The notes beneath the pieces were generated by a model, which made no database searches, was not told where the DNA came from, and was given only the letters and a program-made list of their open reading frames with translations. The translations under genes were made by a program, and so were the position numbers. This document shows positions 18,864 through 29,200 of a stretch of DNA of 64,000 nucleotides, piece after piece. Each line of letters begins with the position of its first letter. Positions within the stretch are counted from its first letter, which is position 1. Source of the DNA: Kiritimatiellia bacterium (lineage in GTDB: Bacteria; Verrucomicrobiota; Kiritimatiellia; RFP12; UBA1067); assembly GCA_017628025.1 (NCBI GenBank), contig JAGBZX010000001.1, positions 1,268 through 65,267 of the forward strand, in the 5' to 3' direction.

Positions 18864-20525
18864 TTACTCGTCAAGTTTACCTTTGTAAGCTACACGGCGA
18901 ATTTTGCCCACCGATGTGCGCTCTAATGGCTCACGATAAACAACAACTTTACGTATACGCTTATAATCAGCCAGCTCCGCACTACGCTCCTGAACACGCT
19001 TGATAATAGTCTTCTCCATTTCATCCCACGAAGGCTTAACGCCACCATTTTCAGAGGCAAACCACTCCTCGTTTGGATAAACAATCGAGCCTACACGCTC
19101 ACCTGGCACGCCTCCTTGCGTATAGCCTATCACGATAATATCCTGCACTGAGGGGTCTTTAGAGACTACATTTTCAACCTCCTCTGGGTAAATATTCTTG
19201 CCTTCACGATTTACAATAAGCGCTTTCTTTCTACCGCGAATTGTAATAAGCCCATCTTCATCTTGCGAAGCTAAGTCTCCTGTCTTGAACCAATCTCCAT
19301 CAAACGACTCTTTAGTTGCTGCTTCATTGTGATAATAGCCCTTCATTACGATAGGACCTTTAACCTGCAATTCTCCAACTCCTTGCTCGTTTTGGTCTGC
19401 TAAACGCACCTCACAGCCATCAATAGCATACCCAATCGTGCCAATTTTACGACAATCAAAGCTAGTAACCGACACAACAGGCGAGCATTCCGTTAATCCA
19501 TAGCCTTCATAAAATGCAACATGAAGCTTGCGAAAACCTTCTAAAACATGTTTTGGACAAGGCGCACCACCAGTTACCATGATTCTTAGGCACCCACCAA
19601 GTTTCAGCTTAACCATATGCATCACTGGCCCACGCAAGCCAATCTTGAGAAGGAATTGCGCTACCTTTGATTTCTTAAGCCCTTCTTCAATCTTCTCGTG
19701 GAGCTTTTCCGCTAAAAGAGGCACCGCCATTAAAATCGTAGGCTTTAGCTCTTTAACATCGCGCCCAACAGTGCGTAACGATTCAATAAACTTCATTTCA
19801 ACTGAAAGCATCAACGCCAACATAAAGTTAGCTGTAAATGAGAATGCGTGGAAAAGCGGAAGAACAATCATCAACGAGTCTTTTTCATTGATCTCCACAT
19901 TGAATGTCTTAAGCGCACCTTCAATATCACTTACAAAATTTTGATGCGTAAGCATCGCGCCTTTAGGCTTGCCTGTCGTGCCTGACGTATAAATAATAGA
20001 TGCTACATCCTCTTCTTTTGCCTTATTTGCGTCATACCATGCACCACCGCCCTTAACACGAAGCTTTTCGTAACCTATTACATCAACATTACCTATTTTT
20101 TGACCATCAGAAATAATACCATCAACAATTATAATAGCCTTGAGCTTTGGCAGATTGCCCGCTATCTGCATCATCATCTTAAGATGCTGCGTATCTGTTG
20201 TAACGACAGTTGTATCAGAATCTTTAAGGATATATTCAACTTCTTCATTATGAAGTTTAGGATCAAGCGGCGCAACCGACACACCGGCACCTGCCTGAGC
20301 AAGATAGGACTCCATCCAATAAGGAGAGTTTCCTAGAATAATAGCTGCATTATCCTCCCTAGGCTTAATACTAAGTATCGTTCCATAGCCTTCTGCAATT
20401 TCACGAACGCCCTTAAGAAAATCAGCCCAGTTACGAGTCTTCCATACTTTATCCTCGTACCATTTTAACGCGTTCAAAGTAGGATGACGTTCTGCACTGC
20501 GTTCTAAAAAACCTCTGATTGTCAT
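18864..20525 (-). CDS. Long-chain-fatty-acid--CoA ligase (AMP-dependent synthetase)
   Basis: AMP-binding signature IIYTSGTTGKPKGAMLTHQN, GYGLTE, and a C-terminal ...TGDL...DEDGLITIRGRKK...GKNIYPEEVE pattern. Confidence 0.9.
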   Translation of the reverse strand: MTIRGFLERSAERHPTLNALKWYEDKVWKTRNWADFLKGVREIAEGYGTILSIKPREDNAAIILGNSPYWMESYLAQAGAGVSVAPLDPKLHNEEVEYILKDSDTTVVTTDTQHLKMMMQIAGNLPKLKAIIIVDGIISDGQKIGNVDVIGYEKLRVKGGGAWYDANKAKEEDVASIIYTSGTTGKPKGAMLTHQNFVSDIEGALKTFNVEINEKDSLMIVLPLFHAFSFTANFMLALMLSVEMKFIESLRTVGRDVKELKPTILMAVPLLAEKLHEKIEEGLKKSKVAQFLLKIGLRGPVMHMVKLKLGGCLRIMVTGGAPCPKHVLEGFRKLHVAFYEGYGLTECSPVVSVTSFDCRKIGTIGYAIDGCEVRLADQNEQGVGELQVKGPIVMKGYYHNEAATKESFDGDWFKTGDLASQDEDGLITIRGRKKALIVNREGKNIYPEEVENVVSKDPSVQDIIVIGYTQGGVPGERVGSIVYPNEEWFASENGGVKPSWDEMEKTIIKRVQERSAELADYKRIRKVVVYREPLERTSVGKIRRVAYKGKLDE

Positions 20526-20570
20526 TCGTTTCTCTCCTTGATAAAATACCCAAAAGCAATGTTTTTGAGT

Positions 20571-20598
20571 ATTATATCATAGAAGAGGACAAAATCAA
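20571..20598 (-). promoter_or_regulatory. Extended -10 promoter for the acyl-CoA ligase gene
   Basis: Minus strand TTGATT (20598..20593), 16-nt spacer, TGA-TATAAT-ACTC (-10 at 20576..20571). The leader contains AAGGAGAG before ATG 20525. Confidence 0.5.
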
Positions 20599-20662
20599 AC
20601 TCTTTTTTGACAAAATTTAAAAAAGTGTCATTGACCCTTGTTTGGTCGTTTGCGCTTTGATA

Positions 20663-21070
20663 TTAAATACTGCTTCTTATTTTTGCTGCAAGCTCCTCTA
20701 ATTCAGACATCTCGCACTTACCATTTTCAAAGATAATTGGGCCGCTAGAATAGCGAGGCACAATATGAAAATGAATATGCATTACTGTTTGACCTGCAGC
20801 TTCTCCATTATTTTGAAGAATATTAAACCCAGCACAGCCAAGCGCTTTTTTAACTCCTAATGCAACTTTCTTTACTGCTACCATCAAAGAACTAAGTGTC
20901 TCATCGCTCGTTTCAATAAGATTTGCAGAATGCTCTTTTGGAATTACAAGCACATGCCCTTTTGAAAAAGGATTTATATCAAGAAATGCAAATATATTTT
21001 CGTCTTCAAAAACCTTAAAACTCGGTATCTCGCCTGCGGCAATTGCACAAAATACACAGTTATTTTTCAT
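20663..21070 (-). CDS. HIT family nucleotide hydrolase/transferase
   Basis: Start set at ATG 21070 (AAGGAGG upstream), giving MKNNCVFCAIAAGEIP... Histidine triad HIHFHIVPR. The track's longer start would overlap birA. Confidence 0.9.
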   Translation of the reverse strand: MKNNCVFCAIAAGEIPSFKVFEDENIFAFLDINPFSKGHVLVIPKEHSANLIETSDETLSSLMVAVKKVALGVKKALGCAGFNILQNNGEAAGQTVMHIHFHIVPRYSSGPIIFENGKCEMSELEELAAKIRSSI

Positions 21071-21083
21071 CTTATCCCTCCTT

Positions 21084-21794
21084 TTATAGTTTAACATGAG
21101 CTTCGCCGGCATATATGACATGCTCTCCGACTTGAAGCGAGCCATCTATCATTATCCCGACGCATAGTCCAGTAATAGCATTTTTATCATCATCTACTTG
21201 GCAAATCGTAACCTCTCTACCCTTTAAAAAATCAATCTCAGATATCTTCTGCCAAAGAGAGGCAAAACCGTACTCTCGCCACTGACAATAAAGAGAAGAG
21301 AGCCATTTTAAAACACCATCTCTTACTTGATGTATTTTAGTCTCTCCTCCTAAATATGTAGCTCGCAAGGCTATCTCTTTGGGGAAATCTTGTTTTAAAA
21401 CATTTATCCCTATGCCGACTATTACCTTATCTGACTTCCTCTCACAAAGAATCCCCGCAACTTTTTGAGAATCTATTAGAATATCATTTGGCCATTTAAG
21501 TTTCACGTCTCTATTGTAACCAATGATATCTCTAATAGCCATCGCCACTGAAAGACCAGCAACTAACGGAAGAGTGCACACCTCTTCTGGAGCCATATCT
21601 GTAACATCAAGGACTGCCGACATCAATAGATTCACCCCAGAAGGAGATTGCCACTTGTGACCTATCCTACCTCGCCCTGAGAGTTGATAATCTGCAGTGT
21701 ACACATCTCCATGCACACCTAAGGCAGCATCATCATTCGTAGATTCAGTTACGCCACGATGGATAATATTCCATTTAATAGCCATACTGATCAA
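21084..21794 (-). CDS. birA: Biotin--[acetyl-CoA-carboxylase] ligase (no HTH domain)
   Basis: GRGRIGHKWQSPSG biotin-binding motif. The track start is a TTG overlapping the upstream stop; ATG 21785 is an alternative. Confidence 0.88.
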   Translation of the reverse strand: MISMAIKWNIIHRGVTESTNDDAALGVHGDVYTADYQLSGRGRIGHKWQSPSGVNLLMSAVLDVTDMAPEEVCTLPLVAGLSVAMAIRDIIGYNRDVKLKWPNDILIDSQKVAGILCERKSDKVIVGIGINVLKQDFPKEIALRATYLGGETKIHQVRDGVLKWLSSLYCQWREYGFASLWQKISEIDFLKGREVTICQVDDDKNAITGLCVGIMIDGSLQVGEHVIYAGEAHVKL

Positions 21795-23071
21795 AGCGGG
21801 CGTAAGAAGAATGCGTCATGTGTTATTGCGAAAGCCCAATCTTCTGGCATACGCTTTAGTTCATGCCCTGCACCCCACGTATCAGAATAAAGAATTTCCT
21901 TCGTCTTCTTATTGTAGCCAATAATCAAACGCATATGGCCACCCATTGTTTGTGGCAGCCCTGGCTCTGGGAAAATACCAATAGTCACACCCCAAATAAT
22001 TGGAACGCCTTGATCTATCTGTGTTTCTACATTTGAAAGAAACTTTTTATATCTGGAATCTTTTACGCGCATCTTCTTTATGACTTTAGGCTTCATCGCC
22101 TCTTTGATGCGCCCTACCTGAATGAGATTACCAGTAATAAAATCACCCATTCGAATCTCTGGCTCTTTCTCAGCCTTTGCCGCCTTGTTATACATCTCAA
22201 TCTCTTTTTGAATATCTCCTAATGAGCCATTCATAGAAACGACTTGCTGATAAGCCAAATGATACTTCGAGCCCATTAGTCTTACTGTTTCAACCATTCT
22301 TTTCGTTGAAGTTCCGCCGCGAGCTTCTGTGCCAGCAAGCTGCGCTATTTCATGTTCATCAACCTTATGGCCATAATATCGCATAACGCGTTCAGCAACT
22401 GCCGCGGCACAATAGCCCTTCTGGCCTTGATCTACCATTGGGACGTTCTGAATCCAAACATCGCCTTCAGAATTTTTTGTCACATTCTCTTTAATTTTTT
22501 TCTTGGAGATTCCTTTTGGAGAAGAACGCAATATATCACGCGCGCGCTTCTGAGTTTTTGGATAAATCGTTACGCGAATAAATTGCGCAACCATCTCCTT
22601 CGCCTTTGCGCCATTAACACCCCAAGTAAGCTCAACGCTTGGATCGAGATTTGTCCACTTCTTAATATACTTATATCCACCTGTTGGCAGTTTCGTCTTA
22701 TCCACTCGTCCAAACTTAAAACCAGGCTCGATTTTAGAAGCAATCTCAGAAAGCATGGCTTTTAGCTTTTCATGACCAACATTCTCTCCTGTTTTATCAT
22801 CGCCGCGATTATATAAGCTCATCTCGATTCGCTTAGCGCCGTCATGAGCATAATAAATACGAGCTTCCCACACATCTAAGCCATGCCATTTACACATCCC
22901 GCGTTTTAAGCAATTTACAATATCACGCTTTTGAGAAGCAAACTCAAAACCGTAGCGGGCATTATCAACAGTAAAATCAACCGCACTTTCTGACCATGCG
23001 TCCTTCTCGGAAAAAATAACTCCGAGGTCGCAGACTGCGAATAAAAGTGCGGTTAAAATTGATGCCAGCAT
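21791..23071 (-). CDS. Exported protein with C-terminal papain-fold (C39-like) cysteine peptidase domain
   Basis: N-terminal hydrophobic signal/anchor. Putative catalytic Gln/Cys in DQGQKGYCAAAVAERVMRYYG, and His/Asp in GGHMRLIIGYN...ILYSDTWG. The ATG shares a base with the recA stop (TAATG). Confidence 0.5.
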   Translation of the reverse strand: MLASILTALLFAVCDLGVIFSEKDAWSESAVDFTVDNARYGFEFASQKRDIVNCLKRGMCKWHGLDVWEARIYYAHDGAKRIEMSLYNRGDDKTGENVGHEKLKAMLSEIASKIEPGFKFGRVDKTKLPTGGYKYIKKWTNLDPSVELTWGVNGAKAKEMVAQFIRVTIYPKTQKRARDILRSSPKGISKKKIKENVTKNSEGDVWIQNVPMVDQGQKGYCAAAVAERVMRYYGHKVDEHEIAQLAGTEARGGTSTKRMVETVRLMGSKYHLAYQQVVSMNGSLGDIQKEIEMYNKAAKAEKEPEIRMGDFITGNLIQVGRIKEAMKPKVIKKMRVKDSRYKKFLSNVETQIDQGVPIIWGVTIGIFPEPGLPQTMGGHMRLIIGYNKKTKEILYSDTWGAGHELKRMPEDWAFAITHDAFFLRPL

Positions 23072-24102
23072 TATTTCTTCTTCGCCAAAACTGGAGTTGC
23101 AGGAGCTTCTTTTACAAGTTTGGCAATTTCTTCTGTGACTTCAGGATGGGCTTTAAGGTACTCAATTGTACCAAGCGAACCTTGAGCAAGGTTACTGTCC
23201 CCATAAACAAGCCAGCTGCCGCGCTTCTCAACGATACCACGCGTTAATGCCGCATCAAGAACAGAGCCCTCGTAAGAAATGCCACATGTGTAAAGAATAT
23301 CAAACTCTGCTTCTGTGAAGGGAGGTGCAACTTTGTTTTTAACTACCTTAACGCGCGTTCTATTGCCTACAACCTGGTTAGCCGTATTTTTAATGGCACC
23401 AATTCTTTGAACTTGCAAACGACATGACGCGTAAAACTTAAGAGCTTTACCACCAGGCGTAGTCTCTGGATTGCCAAACATTACACCAATCTTATCACGC
23501 ACCTGATTAGTGAAAATTAAAAGCGTCTTCGTTTGCGCAATTACAGAAGTAAGCTTACGCATAGCCTGCGACATAAGACGAGCCTGAAGCCCCATGTGGC
23601 TATCACCCATATTACCATCAATTTCAGCTTGAGGCGTAAGCGCGGCAACAGAGTCAACAACAACAACATCTAGCGCGCCAGATTTCACAAGCTGCTCACA
23701 AATAGTCAACGCTTCCTCGCCAGAATTTGGCTGAGAGACTATCAAGTTATCTAAATCTACACCAATCTTTTTAGCATACTGTGGATCGAGCGCATGCTCT
23801 GCGTCAATGAACGCAGCAACTCCGCCGTTCTTTTGCGCATTGGCAACTACATGAAGAGCAAGCGTAGTTTTGCCGGAAGATTCTTGACCATAGCATTCAA
23901 CGATTCTGCCGCGAGGAAGACCGCCGACACCTAAAGCTAAGTCAAGAGAAAGAGCGCCTGTGGAAATAACTGGAATATCTTCAACCTTTTGATCGCCAAG
24001 GCGAACAATCGACATCTCGCCAAACTCCTTGCGGATCTGGCTCATCACTGCATCAAGAGCTGTATTACCTTTTTTTTGAGCGGCTTCCTTCTTCTCTGCC
24101 AT
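23071..24102 (-). CDS. recA: Recombinase A
   Basis: Walker [13 protein letters not shown]; FIDAEHALD; the L1/L2 region is conserved throughout. Confidence 0.98.
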   Translation of the reverse strand: MAEKKEAAQKKGNTALDAVMSQIRKEFGEMSIVRLGDQKVEDIPVISTGALSLDLALGVGGLPRGRIVECYGQESSGKTTLALHVVANAQKNGGVAAFIDAEHALDPQYAKKIGVDLDNLIVSQPNSGEEALTICEQLVKSGALDVVVVDSVAALTPQAEIDGNMGDSHMGLQARLMSQAMRKLTSVIAQTKTLLIFTNQVRDKIGVMFGNPETTPGGKALKFYASCRLQVQRIGAIKNTANQVVGNRTRVKVVKNKVAPPFTEAEFDILYTCGISYEGSVLDAALTRGIVEKRGSWLVYGDSNLAQGSLGTIEYLKAHPEVTEEIAKLVKEAPATPVLAKKK

Positions 24103-24133
24103 ACGAAAATTCCTTTCCTAAAACTTCATAAGT

Positions 24134-24162
24134 ATTATATCAAATTCAAATAGCCATTGCAC
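24134..24162 (-). promoter_or_regulatory. Extended -10 promoter for recA (weak -35)
   Basis: Minus strand GTGCAA (24162..24157), 17-nt spacer, TGA-TATAAT-ACT (-10 at 24139..24134), 31 nt before ATG 24102 with SD AAAGGAA. Confidence 0.4.
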
Positions 24163-24178
24163 TAACATTGAAAATCTT

Positions 24179-25702
24179 TTAGCGCTGAAGTTTACTTAAA
24201 TCGAGCGCTAGAAGAAACTCGGGATTCGAATTTGTCTTCTTAAGTGAATTTAAAACTGATCTCATTGCCGATTCAGAACCAGCTGAAGCTAATACTCTTC
24301 TTAAGCCCCAGGTCTTTTCCAATTCAAGAGGATCTAAAAGGAGATCTTCCTTTCTAGTTCCTGATTTTTCAATATCAATCGCTGGAAATATTCTCTTATC
24401 AGCTAGAGCCCGATCAAGGACAATTTCCATATTACCAGTTCCCTTGAACTCTTCAAAGATAACTTCGTCCATGCGAGAACCAGTATCAATAAGTCCTGTT
24501 GCGATAATAGTAAGAGAGCCAGCCCCTTCTATATTACGCGCGGCACCAAAGAAACGCTTTGGTCTATGCATCGCTAAAGCATCAACACCACCTGTAAGAA
24601 TCTTACCCGAATGAGGTTGGACCGTATTGTAAGCTCTAGCCATACGAGTTATAGAGTCCATAAGAATAATAACGTCACGCCCATTTTCAACTTGACGCTT
24701 GGACATCTCAAGAACCATCTCCGTTACGTTAACATGGTGCTGCGGCTCTTCGTCAAATGTAGAGGAAAGAACCATCGCCTTCGTGTTGCGCTGCATATCG
24801 GTAACTTCTTCTGGACGCTCGTCAATAAGAAGAATAATAAGCATCGCTTCTGGATGATTCTCTGAAATGGCATTTGCCATCTTCTGCAGAAGAACAGTTT
24901 TACCTACGCGAGGAGGAGCGATAATTAAGCCGCGCTGGCCAAACCCGATAGGCGAAAACAAATCAATTACTCTAGTTGAATATTCTTTAGGATTCGTCTC
25001 AAGAATAATTCGTCGCGTTGGAAATGTCGCTGTTAAGTTTTCGAAATGAACAACGCGCGCGGCAACAGAAGGCTCCTTGCCATTGACAGTATTAACATTG
25101 CCAAGGCAGAAAAAGCGGTCACGATCGCGAGGGTCGCGAATAGGCCCTTCAATAATGTCACCTGTTCTTAATGCATGACGACGAATTTGCTGCTGTGTTA
25201 CAAAGACATCTTCTGGACAAGCTAAAAAATTATTCTTAGCAGACCTAAGAAAACCATGACCCTCTCGAACAATCTCTAAGCAACCAGACGCGAGAACCGC
25301 GCCACCTTTTGAAAGATAATGACGGATGGCAGCAAAAATAAGCTCGTGCTTTCTATATGTGCCCAATTCTTCTGGGTCAGCCCCAGGCATCATACGTTCA
25401 ACAACTAAATGAGCACCCCATGTTTGAATATCTGCCAAGCGATACTCCGGCAATGACGCGTCACGATTTGGATTAACCTGAACTTCAGATTCTCGCTCTT
25501 TTTGTTCTTGTGGCAGTGGAGCATTTAAAAGTGGATTAACACTTTCTTCTCCATTAGCTCCTCTTATTGGAGAATTATTTTGCTTTGGCGCAGGATTATG
25601 ATTATGCGGTTTCTTAAAAAACTTCTTCTGAACAGGCATCTTTTTATTCGAAGTTGATGCCGGCTTTACAGATTGTGCGAAGACGTCAAATTCATCAGCC
25701 AT
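24179..25702 (-). CDS. rho: Transcription termination factor Rho with N-terminal low-complexity extension
   Basis: Walker A PPRVGKTVLLQ and Q/R-loop regions. The first ~85 aa are K/N/P/Q-rich. ATG 25702 (AAGGAAA upstream) overlaps the coaE 3' end by 37 nt. Confidence 0.94.
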   Translation of the reverse strand: MADEFDVFAQSVKPASTSNKKMPVQKKFFKKPHNHNPAPKQNNSPIRGANGEESVNPLLNAPLPQEQKERESEVQVNPNRDASLPEYRLADIQTWGAHLVVERMMPGADPEELGTYRKHELIFAAIRHYLSKGGAVLASGCLEIVREGHGFLRSAKNNFLACPEDVFVTQQQIRRHALRTGDIIEGPIRDPRDRDRFFCLGNVNTVNGKEPSVAARVVHFENLTATFPTRRIILETNPKEYSTRVIDLFSPIGFGQRGLIIAPPRVGKTVLLQKMANAISENHPEAMLIILLIDERPEEVTDMQRNTKAMVLSSTFDEEPQHHVNVTEMVLEMSKRQVENGRDVIILMDSITRMARAYNTVQPHSGKILTGGVDALAMHRPKRFFGAARNIEGAGSLTIIATGLIDTGSRMDEVIFEEFKGTGNMEIVLDRALADKRIFPAIDIEKSGTRKEDLLLDPLELEKTWGLRRVLASAGSESAMRSVLNSLKKTNSNPEFLLALDLSKLQR

Positions 25703-26205
25703 AATAGGAATTTCCTTGTTTCTTTTTCAAGTTCTTCTGGGGTTGTATCATTGCGGATAACATAATCAGCTAACTTTGCTTTCTTTTCAACTGGCCATTG
25801 GGCAGCCAAACGAGCAAGCGCCTCTTCTTCTGAGTATCCGCGATTTTTCATCATGCGCGCTATTTGATTTTCACGCGTTGATGAGATGCAGCATATTATA
25901 TCAAAATTACCGTTCCAATTCACCTCAAATAATAACGGAACTATAGCAATTCTTAATACCCCATTAGGAGCATGGCTTAGAAACTCATCTATCCTTGCTT
26001 TTACAATGGGGTGTACGCGCGCTTCTAGCTGCTTGCGCTTTCTCTCGTCTTGGAAAATCTCTCTTGCGATTCTCTTACGTTCCTCTTCAGGTATAATCTC
26101 ATGAACTATATTATCGGCGTCGAGAGTCTCGACGCCGTTTAATTCAAGATACCTTGAGAAGAGAGATTTCCCGCAGGCGATACCGCCCGTCACAACTACT
26201 CTCAT
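25666..26205 (-). CDS. coaE: Dephospho-CoA kinase
   Basis: P-loop VVVTGGIACGKS and overall CoaE length and layout. Confidence 0.88.
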   Translation of the reverse strand: MRVVVTGGIACGKSLFSRYLELNGVETLDADNIVHEIIPEEERKRIAREIFQDERKRKQLEARVHPIVKARIDEFLSHAPNGVLRIAIVPLLFEVNWNGNFDIICCISSTRENQIARMMKNRGYSEEEALARLAAQWPVEKKAKLADYVIRNDTTPEELEKETRKFLLWLMNLTSSHNL

Positions 26206-26238
26206 CGTTATTTAAGCCTAAAGCCTACGCTAAAGAGA

Positions 26239-29200
26239 TTACTCTACTTCAGCGGAGAGCTCAGGCGCTGCTTTTACTTCAGCGTTAGTTTTATCTTCTG
26301 CGTTAATTTCAACTTCGCGGCCACGTGTATCAACAAGGCGCGTAGTTACGAAAATAAGAAGGTTACGCTTAGAGGTTAATTCAGAGTGGCTACGGAAGAA
26401 CCTACCAATAATCGGAATATCGCCTAAGAATGGAATCTTATCGTCCATCGCCTTACGAGCCTCGGTAATAAGACCACCCATGACAATCGTGGCACCAGGA
26501 TATACAGATACCTTAGTATTAATCTGACGCGTATGGAAGAAGGGCTGTTCCATCGGCACGTCATAGTACGTCATGTTGCCATCGGTATTGCTGAGACTCT
26601 GCATAGCAGCAGTAGCAGAATCCGTAGCCTGCTGTGCCATTGATTGCTTAAGATCAGGACTAATAGCAGAACCAAGAACACTAAAGATTGAGGCCAAGCC
26701 ACCGAAGATTTCACCAAGACCCTGGAAACTCGTAAGTGAGCTGTTGCCAGAGTAAGGTATCTTCATACCGTAGTTCTTCCATGTTGGCTCGTCAACAACT
26801 TGAGTATCAAGTTCAAGGTCAATAAGGTTGCCGTCATCTGTAAGAGTTGGCGTAACATCTAGGATAACACCAACCTCACGAGTCGAGAAGCTCTGTGGTT
26901 CAACGATCGCCAAGACTGACGAATTACCTGAAGAACTACTACCATAACCGCTAGAGCCAGATGAAGAGCTAGAAAGCTGCACATCGTAGTCAGTTGGGTA
27001 GATATATTCAGTAACGACCTTGATAATAGCCTCTTCGCCAGGGCGAGTTAAAACCTTTGGTGAGGAGAGTAGGTCAGTATCGCTACGCTGTGAAAGCATA
27101 TGAAGAATCATAGATACGTCAGCGCTGCCGAGGAAGGCATTAACACGCATGAACTGGTCGTTGTTGGAATTCGACTGACCAGAAATGTGATTGCCAACAG
27201 TTGAAAGATAACGGTTGCCGTTAGAGTAATCAGTGCCATTGATGGCGTTAATGCCCATATTGCGACCGCCGCCTTCACCAGTAGTCCACCTGTTACCGGC
27301 AAACTGACCGTTGTAAATCGTAGAATTGTTATTAATTGTCGTCGTATTCTGACCATCAAACTTTGTAAGCGTGCTACCATTTAACGTAGTCTGACCTGTC
27401 GTCTCGCTCTGAGTAAGCTGCGTTGAGCTCGTTCTTTCGCCCCAAGCACCATTCTGAAGACCTAAAATACGTCCGAGTTTACGGTTAACACCGAGCGTAT
27501 AGTCAGAATTTAACAACCATTCAAAGCCAAGCGAATTAAGGTCATCCTGGCAGACTTCAACAAAGCGAGTCTCAATTTCGATAAGGCGCTGGTCAACATT
27601 GAGTTCATTAAGCGCATCTTCGAAATCAACGAGGTTGTCGCGAGTATTCTTAACGCGAAGTTTACCGAGCGTCTTGAGATAGAAAATCGAGCTGCCTTCT
27701 GGCCAATCAACACCCATCATACGGAAGAATTCTTTCCAGTCACGCTCTTGATTTTCTTCGCCTTCGTCGTTCTTCTTAGTACCGCCGCCAAACGCGCCAG
27801 CCGCCTGCATTTCGCGCATTTCGCTAGCTGCGTTGCCCATCTTATCAAGGAAGGACGCCAAAACTGGATAACTACGAGTTACCATCTCGTCACTTGTCAT
27901 GCTCTTCTCCATAACTGTAACGATGGAACCCTGAACCTTGAACTTGTAGCCAACAGATTCGCAAACAAGTTTCAAAGCTTCGTAGAACGAAATATTATTA
28001 ACTGCGATATTAGGAATTACTGGCAAGCCTTGCGCCTGAGCAGTTTCCTGTGTATCGTTACCCTCGTCAGAGAAGTCATCGCTACCACCATCGTCTGTAG
28101 CTGTTTGTGCAAACATCTGCTTAGGTGTACGAAGAATCATACCAAAGCCGCGCTTTTCAATCGGGATCTCGGGGTTATCGTAGTCACGAGCAGCATCACG
28201 GAAGAAGTCAACGGCGTCACTGATTGTTGCCGGTGGCTTAAACTCAACAGTAGGAAGAATCATATCCTGCATGCGCTTGGTAAGCACCTGCTCTGGAGAG
28301 CGCTCATCGTCTGCGCCGAGGATTTTCTTAATTGTCTTAGACTCGACCTCTTCAAGCTGACGAGCATTAGGAGCATACACTGGACGCCACTTTTCATCAA
28401 CGTCATCAATCATGCCCTTACGAGTTATTTCGCGCTCTTTCTTAAGAATAACGCCACGCTTTTTAAGGATAGACTGTCTAACAGCGAGAGCTTCTTTGTT
28501 ATAAGGATCAGCCTTTAAGACGATTTCACACTCAACAAGAGCCTTTTCAATTTCGTAAGTTGCCAAAAACTGTCTAGCTCTACGCAAATGTGCACGTTGT
28601 TCATCGCGCATCTTCTTGTAATCGTCATCATTCTGACGGTGCTTAATTTCAGAAATATCTGTCTTATATGCGTCAGGATCATCTGCGTTAAGCCATACTT
28701 CGAGCTGACGGCGAGCCTTGGGGTGGCGATAATCAACAGCCTTCTCCATAAGCTTAATCGCCTTCTCGCGACGACCAACTCTATCTTCTTCTATAGCATA
28801 ACGGAAAAGACCCTCTGCGATACCTTGGTCGGCCTCGGTGAGGAAGCTCTTCATACGTGGAGAATCGTTGAGGAACTGCTGCGCGTTTACATAGTGGCGA
28901 ATTGCATCAGCATACTGTTCCTTGAACATCGCCTGACGAGCTGCTTCAACCTCTCTTTTGGCCTGGGCGTCGAAAGCATCACGGCGCTGTTTTTCGGTCT
29001 CGTAAATATTGCGGAGAAGTTCTGCGTCAGCACCGCCATCGACAATTTGAACTGAGGAGCTAACTGGAGCAGCTTGAGAGGCTACACTTACTGGAGATTT
29101 AGGTTCTTTAGCGGCAACTTGAGGTGCGGCAACTTTTTCTTCAGGTTCTGCTTTAACTTGTTCGCCTTCATTTTTAAGCTCATCAAGTAATGAAATTACA

